Part shown: positions 1-10,390 of the stretch, one piece after another
How the letters are laid out: each line of letters starts with the position of its first letter
Numbering within the stretch: position 1 is the stretch's first letter
Virus record (IMG/VR): IMGVR_UViG_2563366951_000005
Coordinates: 1 to 41,364 of that record
Strand: one strand, 5' to 3'
DNA: 41,364 bases
From: a virus
Taxonomy: Duplodnaviria > Heunggongvirae > Uroviricota > Caudoviricetes
The notes under the pieces: model-generated
What the model was told of the DNA's origin: nothing
The model's input: the letters and a program-made list of their open reading frames with translations, nothing else
Database searches by the model: none
Program-made: the position numbers and the translations under genes

Positions 1-479
1 ACCAAGGTTTGTGCGAGCGTCTGCGGCATTCGTTGCGCCGGTACCACCTTGATTAACCGGCAAAGCTCCGTTGCTCCCCTTCTGCAGTAATTTCCCAAGA
101 GCCGGGATTGATAAACTGGTGCCATTGATCGTAACGGTAATGTTCTGGTTGGCTGAGGTTGTGGCGAACGTCTCCCACGCACCAATATTCTCGTCATACT
201 CCTTGATAAGCTGCGACATGGCCAGCGCCAGCCCATCAACCGAGATATTGTCTGATACCAGAATGCCGTACTTCTGGCCGCTCAGCGCCGGTGATGCAGC
301 AGGCGTTACCGTCATTGACGTGGCGCTATTCACGGATGAAATCTGGAACATCTGAACCGGGTTAGACATGACAATAATCGTCTGGCCAGCGCGAACCTGG
401 CTGGCCGGTGCAGTCCAGTTTGTACCGGATCCGGTTGCGGTATTTCCGTTAATAGAGATAGTTCCTGTGTTATAAAGCA
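1..479 (-). CDS. side tail fibre protein, N-terminal part (gene runs off the window start)
   Basis: Minus-strand ORF with ATG at 479-477 preceded by GGAGAAAAT; my hand translation begins MLYNTGTISINGNTATGSGTNW, a typical enterobacterial prophage tail-fibre N-terminus; truncated by window edge. Confidence 0.65.
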
Positions 480-496
480 TATTTTCTCCAGGCAAT

Positions 497-518
497 AAAA
501 AACCCCGCCGAGGCGAGG
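497..518 (-). terminator. intrinsic terminator (minus-strand hairpin CCUCGC-CUCG-GCGGGG followed by U-run)
   Basis: GC-rich stem-loop with one G-U pair followed by 6 U on the minus strand; lies between lipoprotein gene and tail-fibre start; same core sequence as the terminator at 25050-25072. Confidence 0.55.
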
Positions 519-538
519 TTTGCATTGAAAGTCATGAG

Positions 539-772
539 TTATTTACATGTCGTGCTTGTGAATGTGTTCGCACTTACCCAGCGCCAGTTAAAGGGATATC
601 CGGCCCGGTATTGCGTCTGGTTGTTTTGCTTTCGAACGGCGTAAATCATAACGGTATTCTCATGGCCACCCATATATGCCGTGCCGCTGCAAATCGGTTC
701 CTGTTTCTCAAGTACACCAGCGCAACCTGAAAGCATGGCAGCGCAAGCCATACCGATAAGAAGCTTAATCAT
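539..772 (-). CDS. small lipoprotein, possibly Cor-like superinfection-exclusion protein
   Basis: 77 aa; N-terminal signal peptide ending in lipobox LSGC; located downstream of J as cor is in phi80/N15-type phages. Function inferred from position and size only. Confidence 0.55.
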   Translation of the reverse strand: MIKLLIGMACAAMLSGCAGVLEKQEPICSGTAYMGGHENTVMIYAVRKQNNQTQYRAGYPFNWRWVSANTFTSTTCK

Positions 773-831
773 TTTGATGATATCCAGAGGTATTCATGAA
801 CTTAGACAATACCAACATGAAAGAGGTGGGT

Positions 832-882
832 ATAATTGATTTGATAGATCAATTATCAGTTATTGATCGCCCAAAACGATCA
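832..882. promoter_or_regulatory. two palindromes (ATAATTGAT-N7-ATCAATTAT and TGATCG-N7-CGATCA) upstream of the lipoprotein gene
   Basis: Perfect inverted repeats seen directly in the 110-bp intergenic region between 884 and 772. Confidence 0.3.
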
Positions 883-883
883 A

Positions 884-1558
884 TCAGTCATAGGCCGCTG
901 TATTTATCGCGGTTAAGGAAATTCCAGTATTCGTTACCCCTACCGGAGAGCCTGTGCCAGTGGAGGTCCCCCCTGCGTTTATCCTCGTATTGGCCCCGTC
1001 AAACCTGCACGCCGAATAAGCATTAATGGTGTAGATTGTCGGAGGCTGGGTTGAGTTATTCACAACGATGCTTTGGCCAAGCTGTGCAGGTGCAACAGCC
1101 CATGGCCCGCTAAGTGTCTGATCGATATTTATCCCTCCGTTTGCGCCAGGCGTTCCAATTGTCTGTAGGTCGGACAACACCCGGGACTCATTAGTGAGCA
1201 CCAGCTTTCCTGCCGCATCCCAGATGGCCATCCCCCATTTCGGTAACGTCTGGGGAAATATGGCAAATATATATGCGGTTAACGTGAAGCTCTTGTTATA
1301 GGGATTAACCCCCGCGACATATACATTTCCTCCGTTCCGGTAAGATATTACTGGCGTGGGCTGGGCGGTATTTGTGGTCCTGATAAATACCATCACAGGG
1401 TAGTCAGCATTTAATGCAATATTCTGAGCAACCTGCTGCGAACTGCCATTAGCAGAGGAGTTGAAAGTGTACTTGCCGTAAAGACAAAAAGGCGTTGACT
1501 GGGGCGTTACAAATGGGTTCCCGTTGTCCATTAATATCATCGCGCCAAATTCGGCCAT
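884..1558 (-). CDS. hypothetical protein (224 aa) downstream of J
   Basis: ORF with start overlapping the stop of the upstream gene (ATGA at 1558); no recognisable motif. Confidence 0.6.
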   Translation of the reverse strand: MAEFGAMILMDNGNPFVTPQSTPFCLYGKYTFNSSANGSSQQVAQNIALNADYPVMVFIRTTNTAQPTPVISYRNGGNVYVAGVNPYNKSFTLTAYIFAIFPQTLPKWGMAIWDAAGKLVLTNESRVLSDLQTIGTPGANGGINIDQTLSGPWAVAPAQLGQSIVVNNSTQPPTIYTINAYSACRFDGANTRINAGGTSTGTGSPVGVTNTGISLTAINTAAYD

Positions 1559-1860
1559 TATGCTTTCTCCATGAAAACGACCACTTCACACTTTGAGGCC
1601 GGATAATTACCCAGACCTACAGAAGATGCAGCGCTTACGGTTATTGTGCTCCCTGACGCGACAATGCGCCGCCCTACGCTGTTACCTCCTTCATCAAGTG
1701 AAAGAACAAAACCAACTTTCATTCCTGAGGGCACCGTAAAAGACCAGCTGCCGGAGGTTTGCCCGGCAGCCAGCTGTATTCGCCCAACGACGGAAACGGG
1801 TTTGATGCCATAGTTGTTGGGTTTTCCTGAAGCATCCCAGGTCTGTATTCCATAAGCCAT
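1558..1860 (-). CDS. hypothetical protein (100 aa) downstream of J
   Basis: ORF 2 nt after J stop, start overlapping next gene; no recognisable motif. Confidence 0.6.
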   Translation of the reverse strand: MAYGIQTWDASGKPNNYGIKPVSVVGRIQLAAGQTSGSWSFTVPSGMKVGFVLSLDEGGNSVGRRIVASGSTITVSAASSVGLGNYPASKCEVVVFMEKA

Positions 1861-1861
1861 T

Positions 1862-4800
1862 TCAGAATACTCCCGTTAATCGGCCAACCTGCACCCTAAG
1901 AACATTACTGCCATCTTTGACGCTGATCGTCTGATTTGTCAGTTTCATGGCTCCCTCACCAGCAGTCGAACCGTAGTTCTCAAACGTCCCCCCTTTATCA
2001 AGCTTCCAGCCAGCAGAACCAGCAACATAATTGTTCGACTGGATAAAATTACCAATCTTTGCGTTGCTGATAGTGCCGTCCTGGATGAAACTGGCCCGGA
2101 TGAATGTCTGCCCGTTCTGGATCACAAACGGCAAAGCCACGCTGTTACCTGCTGCCGTGGTGACGGCGAAGCGGTCAGCCAGGAAGATGACCTGTGACTG
2201 CATGCCGGACGGCGTATTCTCCACGCCGATCCCCATCCCTGCGGCGTAATACTGACCATTGCTGGAGACACCAACCTTGATGCTGTACATCGCCTTCAGA
2301 TCACCGTTAACGTTCGCTATGGCCTGAGCGTTAGTGGTAATGGCTGATGTGTGTCCGTTGACGGTCGCTGTGATCCCGTTTATCTGCGTGGCCGTGGCCT
2401 GCTGGTAATCGGAGAACGTCTGGTTCAGGCTGTTGATAGATGCCTTGTTGCCGTTCACGTTAGTCTGCAAACTCAGCAGCGAACGCGCCGTTGCCTCTTT
2501 CTCGTTGACGATCACCTCATCAATGCGGTCCAGCTGCGCGCTGTTACCGGCGACGGATGCAGACAGCGTTTTGCGCGCCGCCACCTGCGCCAGGTTGCCC
2601 TGAATAATCGCGATGGCAGAGTTCTTCACTCCTCCCGTCATACCGTCCACAGACACGCTGATGTTATCGATGCGCTGGCCCAGCGCGGTATCAGCCGTCG
2701 CCACTGTCTGCTCAAGCTTGCTCAGAGAAGAAGACACATCTCCGACCGTGCTCGACAGGTTTGTAACGCTGGTCTGAACCTTCCCGATATCCTGGGCGTT
2801 TTTGGCGATATCCTGCGCCTGTTGCGCCAGTTCGTCGTTGGCCTGTTTAATGTCGTCAGCCATACCAGCAATTTTTTCATTGCTGTCTACCGCGTTCTCG
2901 ATCAGGTCTTTGAACGTTTCCGACTCTTTCATATCCTCCAGGATTGCATCGGTGATATCGGATACATCGATGCTGGCCTGCCCGCGCACAAAGTCTGTAT
3001 ACCCTGATTCGTTTCCGCTGCGGTCCACCAGCTGCGCGCGGTACCAGAAAATTTGCCCAGCCTTTAGGCCCATCTGCTGATACTTGCGCTGCGGATAGGG
3101 TACGTCTGCCAGCAGCATCGCATCGTCTTCCGTCCCAGTCAGACTGTACTGAATTTCCGTCTTCAGCGTGTCGTCGGTGTTCGCCGGGAATCCCCAGCTC
3201 AGCTCGATACCGAATACCACATTATCGGAAGCGATGAAGCCGACCGGTTTCGGCGGATTGCCCACTTTACCCGTCAGCGTTTTCTCTTCCGAATATCCCC
3301 ACCCGGATGAAATTTCTGCGGCATTGATGGCGCGTACACGTACCAGATAGCGCCCGGCATAAATCCCAGGAACGTCGAATGACGTGGTGGAACTGCGCGG
3401 CACGTTAACCCAGTTCCCGTCGTTGCGGCGCCATTGCGCTTCATAGGCGATAGCATTCTGCGCCTGGTCCCAGCTCACGCGCATGGTTTCGACGCTGATA
3501 TTCTGCTGCACCACCGAAAACGAACTGATTACGATGTTGTCTGGCGGTGACTGATTGCCCGGCGGGATCACGCTCACCGGCCGCTGGTCAATAATGGCTC
3601 CGGTATCGATTCGGGCATATTTATCCGGATCGTGCCATGCACCGGTAATGGTGTAAGTGCCATCATCGTTATCAGTGACGCTCACAACACGGTACTGCTG
3701 TGCGTACAGTTCGTTTGACTCAACCACCCAGACAGCTTCGGCCTGCGGCGTCTCACTGTATGCGGTGGTGACTGTGACCGATTCCCCGTTAACCGCCTGA
3801 ATTGTCCTGCTCTGTGACGCTCCGGAGGGAAGGTTGAGGATAAGGCGATCACCTGCTGCCGCATCAGCTACACGGTCAAGTTTGATAACGCGACCATTAA
3901 CGGCGCTGATGCGTCCGCCCATAACCTTTCCGGAAAGCAGCTCGTCTGCCACAGCGATGATATAGCCAGGCTGCGGTATGTTTCCGTCCAGCCCGACATC
4001 GAACGAAACAACGCGATCCTTGTTGTTGGTGAGAATACCCCAGCGCCCCTTTCGGTTCGCTTCTGACTGTCTGGTACAACCAATGGCTGTCATTTCGAGC
4101 TGATTTGTGCCAAAGCGAGCAACGAGATCCTGCTCAAATACAGGCTCCATCGCATCCGCGTAGGCATTACCCGGATCGGACCAGGAAACCAGTGCTGTGG
4201 TATAGCGGGTTTTCGTGGTGCTGCCCGAATAGGTAAAGCGCCCATTAACCACGTTTGCACGCGTGTAGCTGTAATCCACATCGCGGGGCATATCCGCCAG
4301 CGCAACGATTTGATCGCCACCCCAGTAAGTCATGCCCCGGAATATCGCCGCAAAATCTCGTAACACGGTATAGGCGTCATTCCTCTCCTGCACATACACG
4401 TTGCAGGTATAGCGAGGCTCAGTGCCGCTACCGCCTTTACCATCAGGAACCGGCTGATCGCAATATTGCGCGACCTGGTAAAGCGTCCATTTATCAATAT
4501 TGGCCGCCGTCAGGCGATTGCCCAGCCCAAAGCGGTCGCTCACCACCAGATCGTAAAAAATCCAGGCTGGATTATCCGTCCACGCCCACTTAAACGCCCC
4601 CGTCCATGTGCCGCTATAGGTGCGGGTCTCCGGGTCATACGTATCCGGAACGCGGATTACACGCCCTCGCGGTTCGCAGGATATTTGCGGGATAGAGCCG
4701 TTAAACTGGCTTGAGTCGAATTCGATGTACAGCAGCGCGGTATTTGGATAACGCAGTTTGGCGTCAATGACCTCTGTATAGCTCTGCAGCGTCATCGTGT

Positions 4801-5407
4801 CACCAATTTTCGCGCTGTTGGCATCCGCCGTTAGCTTACGCAGGCGCACCGTCCATGTGCTGCCTGCCTGCGGTAGGTCAATGCGATGGCTGCGTTCGTA
4901 GCCGGAAGTTGTCTTGCCGGTTACGCTGGTATTAAGTACCGTCTGCCAGGTGCCGCCATCGGTCTGCAGATCAATAGCGTAGTTAATTGAATAGCCAACC
5001 AGATCGCCATCATCCTCCTGTTTAAAAAGCGATGGCCACTTGAGGCGCAGGCGAACGGCTGACAGTTGCGTGTTGGTAAAGGTATGTGTCCAGCCGGTGG
5101 TGCTTGACACTTCGGTGCCCACGCTGATTTCATTTTCGGTGCCGGGGATACCCTGAATATATTTTTGTGCCTGAGTCCCCGGACGAAATTCCCACGTAAC
5201 GCCGCTGAAGTTTTGGGAGCCGTCGGCGTTCTCCAGCGCCGTTCCGTCCAGGTAGATATCCTTCCCGGTGAGCTGTCCAGCAAACTCCCCTTCCCCAAGC
5301 GCAACGAGGATCTTTGCCTTCGCTACAGATTGCAGATCATCAGGCTGTTCGGTGGGAGTTCGGGAACTGGAGCTCCCGCCTTTTCGTCCGGTAATTGTTT
5401 TAGCCAT
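1862..5407 (-). CDS. J: tail tip host-specificity protein J
   Basis: 1181 aa; conserved blocks matching lambda gpJ as recalled (e.g. NTALLYIEFDSSQF, FKWAWTDNPAWIFYDLV); position after I. Confidence 0.95.
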   Translation of the reverse strand: MAKTITGRKGGSSSSRTPTEQPDDLQSVAKAKILVALGEGEFAGQLTGKDIYLDGTALENADGSQNFSGVTWEFRPGTQAQKYIQGIPGTENEISVGTEVSSTTGWTHTFTNTQLSAVRLRLKWPSLFKQEDDGDLVGYSINYAIDLQTDGGTWQTVLNTSVTGKTTSGYERSHRIDLPQAGSTWTVRLRKLTADANSAKIGDTMTLQSYTEVIDAKLRYPNTALLYIEFDSSQFNGSIPQISCEPRGRVIRVPDTYDPETRTYSGTWTGAFKWAWTDNPAWIFYDLVVSDRFGLGNRLTAANIDKWTLYQVAQYCDQPVPDGKGGSGTEPRYTCNVYVQERNDAYTVLRDFAAIFRGMTYWGGDQIVALADMPRDVDYSYTRANVVNGRFTYSGSTTKTRYTTALVSWSDPGNAYADAMEPVFEQDLVARFGTNQLEMTAIGCTRQSEANRKGRWGILTNNKDRVVSFDVGLDGNIPQPGYIIAVADELLSGKVMGGRISAVNGRVIKLDRVADAAAGDRLILNLPSGASQSRTIQAVNGESVTVTTAYSETPQAEAVWVVESNELYAQQYRVVSVTDNDDGTYTITGAWHDPDKYARIDTGAIIDQRPVSVIPPGNQSPPDNIVISSFSVVQQNISVETMRVSWDQAQNAIAYEAQWRRNDGNWVNVPRSSTTSFDVPGIYAGRYLVRVRAINAAEISSGWGYSEEKTLTGKVGNPPKPVGFIASDNVVFGIELSWGFPANTDDTLKTEIQYSLTGTEDDAMLLADVPYPQRKYQQMGLKAGQIFWYRAQLVDRSGNESGYTDFVRGQASIDVSDITDAILEDMKESETFKDLIENAVDSNEKIAGMADDIKQANDELAQQAQDIAKNAQDIGKVQTSVTNLSSTVGDVSSSLSKLEQTVATADTALGQRIDNISVSVDGMTGGVKNSAIAIIQGNLAQVAARKTLSASVAGNSAQLDRIDEVIVNEKEATARSLLSLQTNVNGNKASINSLNQTFSDYQQATATQINGITATVNGHTSAITTNAQAIANVNGDLKAMYSIKVGVSSNGQYYAAGMGIGVENTPSGMQSQVIFLADRFAVTTAAGNSVALPFVIQNGQTFIRASFIQDGTISNAKIGNFIQSNNYVAGSAGWKLDKGGTFENYGSTAGEGAMKLTNQTISVKDGSNVLRVQVGRLTGVF

Positions 5408-5418
5408 ATCGCGCCCAT

Positions 5419-5441
5419 AAAAAAAGCCACCCGAAGGTGGC
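5419..5441 (-). terminator. intrinsic terminator between I and J (GCCACC-UUCG-GGUGGC + U7 on minus strand)
   Basis: Perfect 6-bp stem, tetraloop, 7 U; sits 12 nt upstream of the J start. Confidence 0.5.
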
Positions 5442-5460
5442 TTGTAAAAAGGTTTGTTAA

Positions 5461-6048
5461 CTACTGCTGATCTTCGACATAAATTCCGGCAGAAATAATT
5501 GCCCCGCCGATTCTCCGGCGGCCGTACAGGAGCGGAACCGGGTAACCCTGTGCGGCGGTATTTGTGACTCCGCCGAACGCGTATGAGGCGCGGTTATCTG
5601 AGCTCTGTTTGCTGGCCAGCCCTGTAGCCTGAGGGGATATCATCTGAACTACCCCCCCCAGCGTTATGGACGCACCAGCAGCAAACATCATATTGCTGGC
5701 AGCTATACTCAGACCTGGCATCCAGATCGATGCAATCACTAATACTGCGCCCAGGATAGTTTGAATCAAACCGGCTTTTTTACTCCCGATGATTACCGGG
5801 ACAATGCGGATAACATCGCCGGTAACCGGGAAACCGAGGTCATCCACACCGATGTTTTTTTTACCCTTAAATACGGAGTATGTGAGCCCACGGCGCTGGC
5901 TGGAAATCATAAACTGCTCAAAGCCCGGAATAGTCTTTGCGAGCGCCACTCCCGCCTCGCTTACACGGGAAATCAGGCGGTGGTGAATTTTACCGAATGA
6001 TTTCCCGAGCACGCCGCCAAGCTCAATGCGGGTCATTACTTCCTGCAT
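5461..6048 (-). CDS. I: tail assembly protein I
   Basis: 195 aa, position between K and J, overlaps K stop. Confidence 0.8.
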   Translation of the reverse strand: MQEVMTRIELGGVLGKSFGKIHHRLISRVSEAGVALAKTIPGFEQFMISSQRRGLTYSVFKGKKNIGVDDLGFPVTGDVIRIVPVIIGSKKAGLIQTILGAVLVIASIWMPGLSIAASNMMFAAGASITLGGVVQMISPQATGLASKQSSDNRASYAFGGVTNTAAQGYPVPLLYGRRRIGGAIISAGIYVEDQQ

Positions 6049-6767
6049 GTTTCACCTGCCATTACATCTTTATAGCGAACGATCTTCATCGTGCGCTCCT
6101 GCCAGTATCCGCCATAAGGAACTCGCTGGCTCAGATGCCCGTAAAGATGGTGCAGCAGCATGTTACCCTCCAGTAAAATCCCGGCATGATTCCACTTATC
6201 AGCCTGCACCTGCATGATGACGAGGTCCCCTTCCTGAGTCGGGCCGTCAAACTCCCTGAATCCGCATTCATACCAGCAATCCTGATAGAAATTGTCCGGG
6301 TAGTCGTTTTCCCACCAGGGATAATCCACCCGGTAATCGTAGAGCTCGATACCGTGGGTCTGCCGGAAATAGCTCATTACCAGACCCCAGCAATCGAAGT
6401 GGCCAAGCACAAACGGTCGCTCCAGCAATGGGAGCTCCCCGCGTGGCTGAATGGTACGTAAATCCCCCTCTGGCCAGCTCACAATATGCCAGGGCAGCAG
6501 TGTTGCATCACACTGCGCCTTATCAAGCTCGCTGGCCTGTGTCGTCGCGTCAGGATGGCTGTGAACAATGGCTACCACCGTCCCCCAGTCTTCTGCCGCT
6601 GCGTAATCTTCGGGGGACAGGTGAAAATGTTCAGTCGGCTCTGCTGCGAGATTACGACAGGGAAAATAGCGCTCAACCCGGCTTTTCTGTGCCACCACGC
6701 CGCAGCACTCGCGCGGATATTCCGCTGCAGCGTGTGCCATGATGGCATCAATGGTTTTCTGACGCAT
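6036..6767 (-). CDS. K: tail assembly protein K (JAMM/MPN motif HSHP...S..D plus NlpC/P60-like C-terminus)
   Basis: 243 aa; JAMM-like motif VVAIVHSHPDATTQASELD; position between L and I. Confidence 0.85.
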   Translation of the reverse strand: MRQKTIDAIMAHAAAEYPRECCGVVAQKSRVERYFPCRNLAAEPTEHFHLSPEDYAAAEDWGTVVAIVHSHPDATTQASELDKAQCDATLLPWHIVSWPEGDLRTIQPRGELPLLERPFVLGHFDCWGLVMSYFRQTHGIELYDYRVDYPWWENDYPDNFYQDCWYECGFREFDGPTQEGDLVIMQVQADKWNHAGILLEGNMLLHHLYGHLSQRVPYGGYWQERTMKIVRYKDVMAGETCRK

Positions 6768-6768
6768 A

Positions 6769-7524
6769 TCAGCTCCTGATAAGAGATGTACCCGGGAAAC
6801 CGCCGAACGGCAGTTCGTTGCTGTCTCCGTGCCGGAGCTTGCAGGCCGTCAGCGTGCCGTTGCAGACATCCAGCGAGGGATCGTCAACCGGATTATTGTT
6901 TTTGTCGAAATAGCGCGTTCCGGCATAGTCGCAGCCGTCGCCGGTCCGGTACTTGTTCCGGATGCACCAGCTGCATAACGAATGCAGCTGACGCGTCGGA
7001 ATCATCTGGCCCTGTAAATCCATCGGACTGGAAAGCGTAAATTCGACAACTTCATCCGTCTCGGTGCTTCTGGCATCGATATAAAAGACCTTCAGCTTTT
7101 CCTGTGACGGGTCTGCAGTGGGATTGCCCTGCGGAAAATTTCTGGCGTCCAGATACTGTGCCAGCGTGTCGTGGATACTCACTTTCGCCTGCAGCAGATC
7201 GTCATACGCCAGACAGAGCGCTGAGATCGAGCTGTCCAGGTTCGCCACCCTCAGTTTTGGCTGTGGGCTGGTACCATCCGTGGTCGCTTCAATACCCTCA
7301 ACCTGACACGGCCAGGCTTTATACTCCTCCCCCTGCCACCAGATGGACTTCGCCGGAAGTTTATTCTCGTCGCCGCCTGCGGCTTCAATCTCTTCCGGGG
7401 TGTGCGCGATATTGTGTGCGTGGAAGCGGAGCACATCTGACATACCGAACGCTGTACCATCGACAGAAAAAAGCCGGACTTCATTGCCCGGCTCAAGTTT
7501 TTGATAATCAGCATTAAGACTCAT
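6769..7524 (-). CDS. L: minor tail protein L
   Basis: 251 aa, Cys-rich C-terminus, gene order M-L-K. Confidence 0.85.
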   Translation of the reverse strand: MSLNADYQKLEPGNEVRLFSVDGTAFGMSDVLRFHAHNIAHTPEEIEAAGGDENKLPAKSIWWQGEEYKAWPCQVEGIEATTDGTSPQPKLRVANLDSSISALCLAYDDLLQAKVSIHDTLAQYLDARNFPQGNPTADPSQEKLKVFYIDARSTETDEVVEFTLSSPMDLQGQMIPTRQLHSLCSWCIRNKYRTGDGCDYAGTRYFDKNNNPVDDPSLDVCNGTLTACKLRHGDSNELPFGGFPGTSLIRS

Positions 7525-7868
7525 GGTGTAAATGCCTGTTCAAACGTTGCGGTTACGGTTATCACTTTTACGTTTTTAACCACCTTTTTGAGCGTGTCAG
7601 CCTCTACACGCCACAGCGCGGTATCGCCGAAAGGCGGAGTGAAAATAAATGACTTCACTTTATGCCGACGAAGGAAGGCATGGATTTCATTCGCTGTAGT
7701 CGGATCTCCTGAAAAGGAATATTCATAGGTGCGAATCTCATCATTCAGGCCGGAGCCGCTCACCTGTGCGTACCCGTCGCCGAACTGGACTTTCCTGACT
7801 ATGTCTTTACTTCCCTCGGTGGGCTGGCTGGAAACCTTAATGCCCCAGGGGAATGTTTCTATCGTCAT
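7521..7868 (-). CDS. M: minor tail protein M
   Basis: 115 aa, immediately after tape measure gene; overlapping stop/start with L. Confidence 0.85.
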   Translation of the reverse strand: MTIETFPWGIKVSSQPTEGSKDIVRKVQFGDGYAQVSGSGLNDEIRTYEYSFSGDPTTANEIHAFLRRHKVKSFIFTPPFGDTALWRVEADTLKKVVKNVKVITVTATFEQAFTP

Positions 7869-7873
7869 AACTG

Positions 7874-10390
7874 TTACCTGCGATTGGTCGCATTCCAGAT
7901 AAGCCCACCGGGCTGGATTGCCCTAGCGATACCATCATTGACAGATTTGTTAATCACCTGCTGATACGCCTTACCCAGCCTGTCTCCGTCGTTTTGCTGC
8001 TGTGCGTTACCGGAAGCATTCTCGACCGTCACCGGGGCATACACACTGACACCGAAAGGTGCTGCAGCCGGGCCTGTACCACCGCCCCCGACATACCCTC
8101 CCGTTGCATAGCCTTTCATCATCCGGTAAAGATTGCCGACGCCGATCCTGCTGGTAGCCTCTTTGGTGAAAACAAACTCACCACGGTGAACGACACCTGC
8201 TGGCTCATATTTCCCGCCTGAACCGGTATAACCGCCACCTGCAAATCCCAGCGCGGTTGATGCTGAATCCACCAGGCCTACCATCGCCTGTTTCAGCAGG
8301 ATCTGTGTCAGCATGGAGAGCGTGGAGCGGGTGAAGTCAGCCCAGTCAGCCTTTCCGCGCGTCAGCATGTCAGCCATATTTTGCCCAATGCCATCAAACG
8401 TACTGCTGGCAAACGACTTCATCTGGCCATAAGCATCAGAAGCAGAATCAACATAATCTGCCCATGCGGATTTGGCTCCGGATTGCCAGTCACCCCGAAG
8501 CTTATCCTGCTCGGCGTAATACGCATGCAGCCCCTGCAGCTCATTCTGATAACCGGCATCGTTTTCGGAACCTCCACCATTTTTCCACCCCTGAAGAAGC
8601 TGGGCCTCCTCGTTGCGGCGTTGTGCTGCACGACTGCTCATACCAGCACTTTCCGCCAGGGCTCGGGTTTTCTCGCCGATCTGCGTGACGTATTTTTGGG
8701 ACGTATCCTGCAGGCGATTAAGCCGCTCCTGCGCCACTATCTGATCGCCGAGCTTCGCGTTCAGCTCCGCACGGGAAAGCACCTCGCTTTTACTGGCCAG
8801 CAGGGATTTTTCCTCGGCAGAAAGCGTCCGGGTCTTCGCGGCCTCTTCCAGAACCGTAAAACGGGACTGCTTACGCCACAGCTCCTGACGCTGCTGGCTG
8901 ATGGTGTCATTTATCCCCTTATGCTCCTGCAGGGTGCGCAGCTGTGCTTCCAGCTCCATCGTCTGGGCGCTGGCCGCATCGGTTGCACGGGTACCGGCAG
9001 GAGTCCTGACTGCAGGTGTTTTCTTCGGCTTTTTAAGGGTGTCTTCGTACTCTTTTTTCGCGGCAGCCAGGTTGATGTTGTAGTCAGCCTGGAGGATCCG
9101 CCCCTCTTTCAGCGCCTTGTTGAGCTCGCTCTGCCTGGCCGTGTATTTCTCCAGTGCCGTCTGCGTTTTGGCATAGTTTGCCTGTGCCTGCGCAGCATAC
9201 TTCTGGCGATCCGATTCCGCAGCCGCTTCGCGCGATGCATTCTCTTCGTTCGCCATGGCAATTCCCGCCTGCTGCTGCGCCATATCCAGCGCAAGCCTGG
9301 CCGTTTCGCGGTCATTCCAGAATCGGGCGCGAGCCTCATCATTGACATATCGGTCACCTTTACGCAGGTTCCAGATTTCATCAGCCTTTTTAAACGCGGC
9401 CTGGGCTTTTGCCACCATCTCCTGGGCGGTGTCAGGTCTGCCAATATCAAGTGCAGCATCCCACATCGACTTGAAGGCACGCTTCAGGGAATCCGCTGAA
9501 GACTCAATCGTCCCCATATTGTCGCGGATGGCCTTGGTCTGATCGTTGAATCCGGCAGTAGCAGCCTGATTAGCCGCCTGCAGTGCGCCAGCCTCATCAC
9601 CGGCACGCTGCAGCTGTGCCACATGGGCAATCTGTTCGGCCGTAACGTTGTGGAACTGCTGAGCCATCGCGATCAGGCCTGATGTAGGGTCAGTAGTGAG
9701 CTTGCCGTATGCGGCTGCGACTTTTTCCACCGGCACGCCGGAGGCATCAGTAAATCGCGCCACCGCCTGGCTCATTTCATCAAAGCGCGAACTCGCGCCC
9801 ACCCCCGCGTTGATAAGCTCGCTCAGGGCTTCGCTGGTCTGATTGAACGTCAGCCCCGCTGCCTGGCCGTTTCGTGCCAGCGCCAACATACGATCGGCAG
9901 TCAATCCGGCCGTGTTCCCCGACAGTACCAGCGTTTTGTTGAAGTCAGATAGTGTGGATGAGCCCTGGTACCAGGCATAGAACAGCGCACCCGTTGCGGC
10001 GGACAGCGCACCGATGCCGACCATCAACGGTGAGATCGTACCCAGTAAGGCCCTGAATGTTGGTATTATCCCGCCAAAGGAGTCCTTAACCTGACCGCCC
10101 TGCTGAAGCAGAATCAGCCATGGGTTCTGCCCGCCCGCTAGCTGCGTAGCTATATCGGTAAACTGCGCCGGAAGCATACGCATTGCTGCGTTATACTGGC
10201 CTATTGAAATACCCGCCTTGCGCGCGGCGTTCTCCTGGCGGCTAAAGGACTGCTGGATCCGTAGCGCTTCGTCGTTCGCCGCGCTGCCAGTCTGCTTTAA
10301 TTCTTTTTTGACGTAGTTAAGCTGCTCGTTAAATTTCGTCGAGTTAACGTCAAGGTTAACGACCAGATCACCCACTGCCGTCTGGGCCAT
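7874..10390 (-). CDS. H: tail tape measure protein H
   Basis: 838 aa, Ala/Gln-rich coiled-coil-like sequence, Gly-rich C-terminal region; position after G/T. Confidence 0.9.
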   Translation of the reverse strand: MAQTAVGDLVVNLDVNSTKFNEQLNYVKKELKQTGSAANDEALRIQQSFSRQENAARKAGISIGQYNAAMRMLPAQFTDIATQLAGGQNPWLILLQQGGQVKDSFGGIIPTFRALLGTISPLMVGIGALSAATGALFYAWYQGSSTLSDFNKTLVLSGNTAGLTADRMLALARNGQAAGLTFNQTSEALSELINAGVGASSRFDEMSQAVARFTDASGVPVEKVAAAYGKLTTDPTSGLIAMAQQFHNVTAEQIAHVAQLQRAGDEAGALQAANQAATAGFNDQTKAIRDNMGTIESSADSLKRAFKSMWDAALDIGRPDTAQEMVAKAQAAFKKADEIWNLRKGDRYVNDEARARFWNDRETARLALDMAQQQAGIAMANEENASREAAAESDRQKYAAQAQANYAKTQTALEKYTARQSELNKALKEGRILQADYNINLAAAKKEYEDTLKKPKKTPAVRTPAGTRATDAASAQTMELEAQLRTLQEHKGINDTISQQRQELWRKQSRFTVLEEAAKTRTLSAEEKSLLASKSEVLSRAELNAKLGDQIVAQERLNRLQDTSQKYVTQIGEKTRALAESAGMSSRAAQRRNEEAQLLQGWKNGGGSENDAGYQNELQGLHAYYAEQDKLRGDWQSGAKSAWADYVDSASDAYGQMKSFASSTFDGIGQNMADMLTRGKADWADFTRSTLSMLTQILLKQAMVGLVDSASTALGFAGGGYTGSGGKYEPAGVVHRGEFVFTKEATSRIGVGNLYRMMKGYATGGYVGGGGTGPAAAPFGVSVYAPVTVENASGNAQQQNDGDRLGKAYQQVINKSVNDGIARAIQPGGLIWNATNRR

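Noticed and set aside
2351-3007. 218-aa plus-strand ORF and other plus-strand ORFs between 2000 and 5500
   Set aside because: All are antisense to the J gene, which is supported by strong homology; Arg-rich compositions indicate spurious frames.
8381-9499. 372-aa plus-strand ORF
   Set aside because: Lies entirely antisense within the tape measure gene, Arg/Leu-rich low-complexity translation typical of a GC-rich antisense frame; no RBS context.
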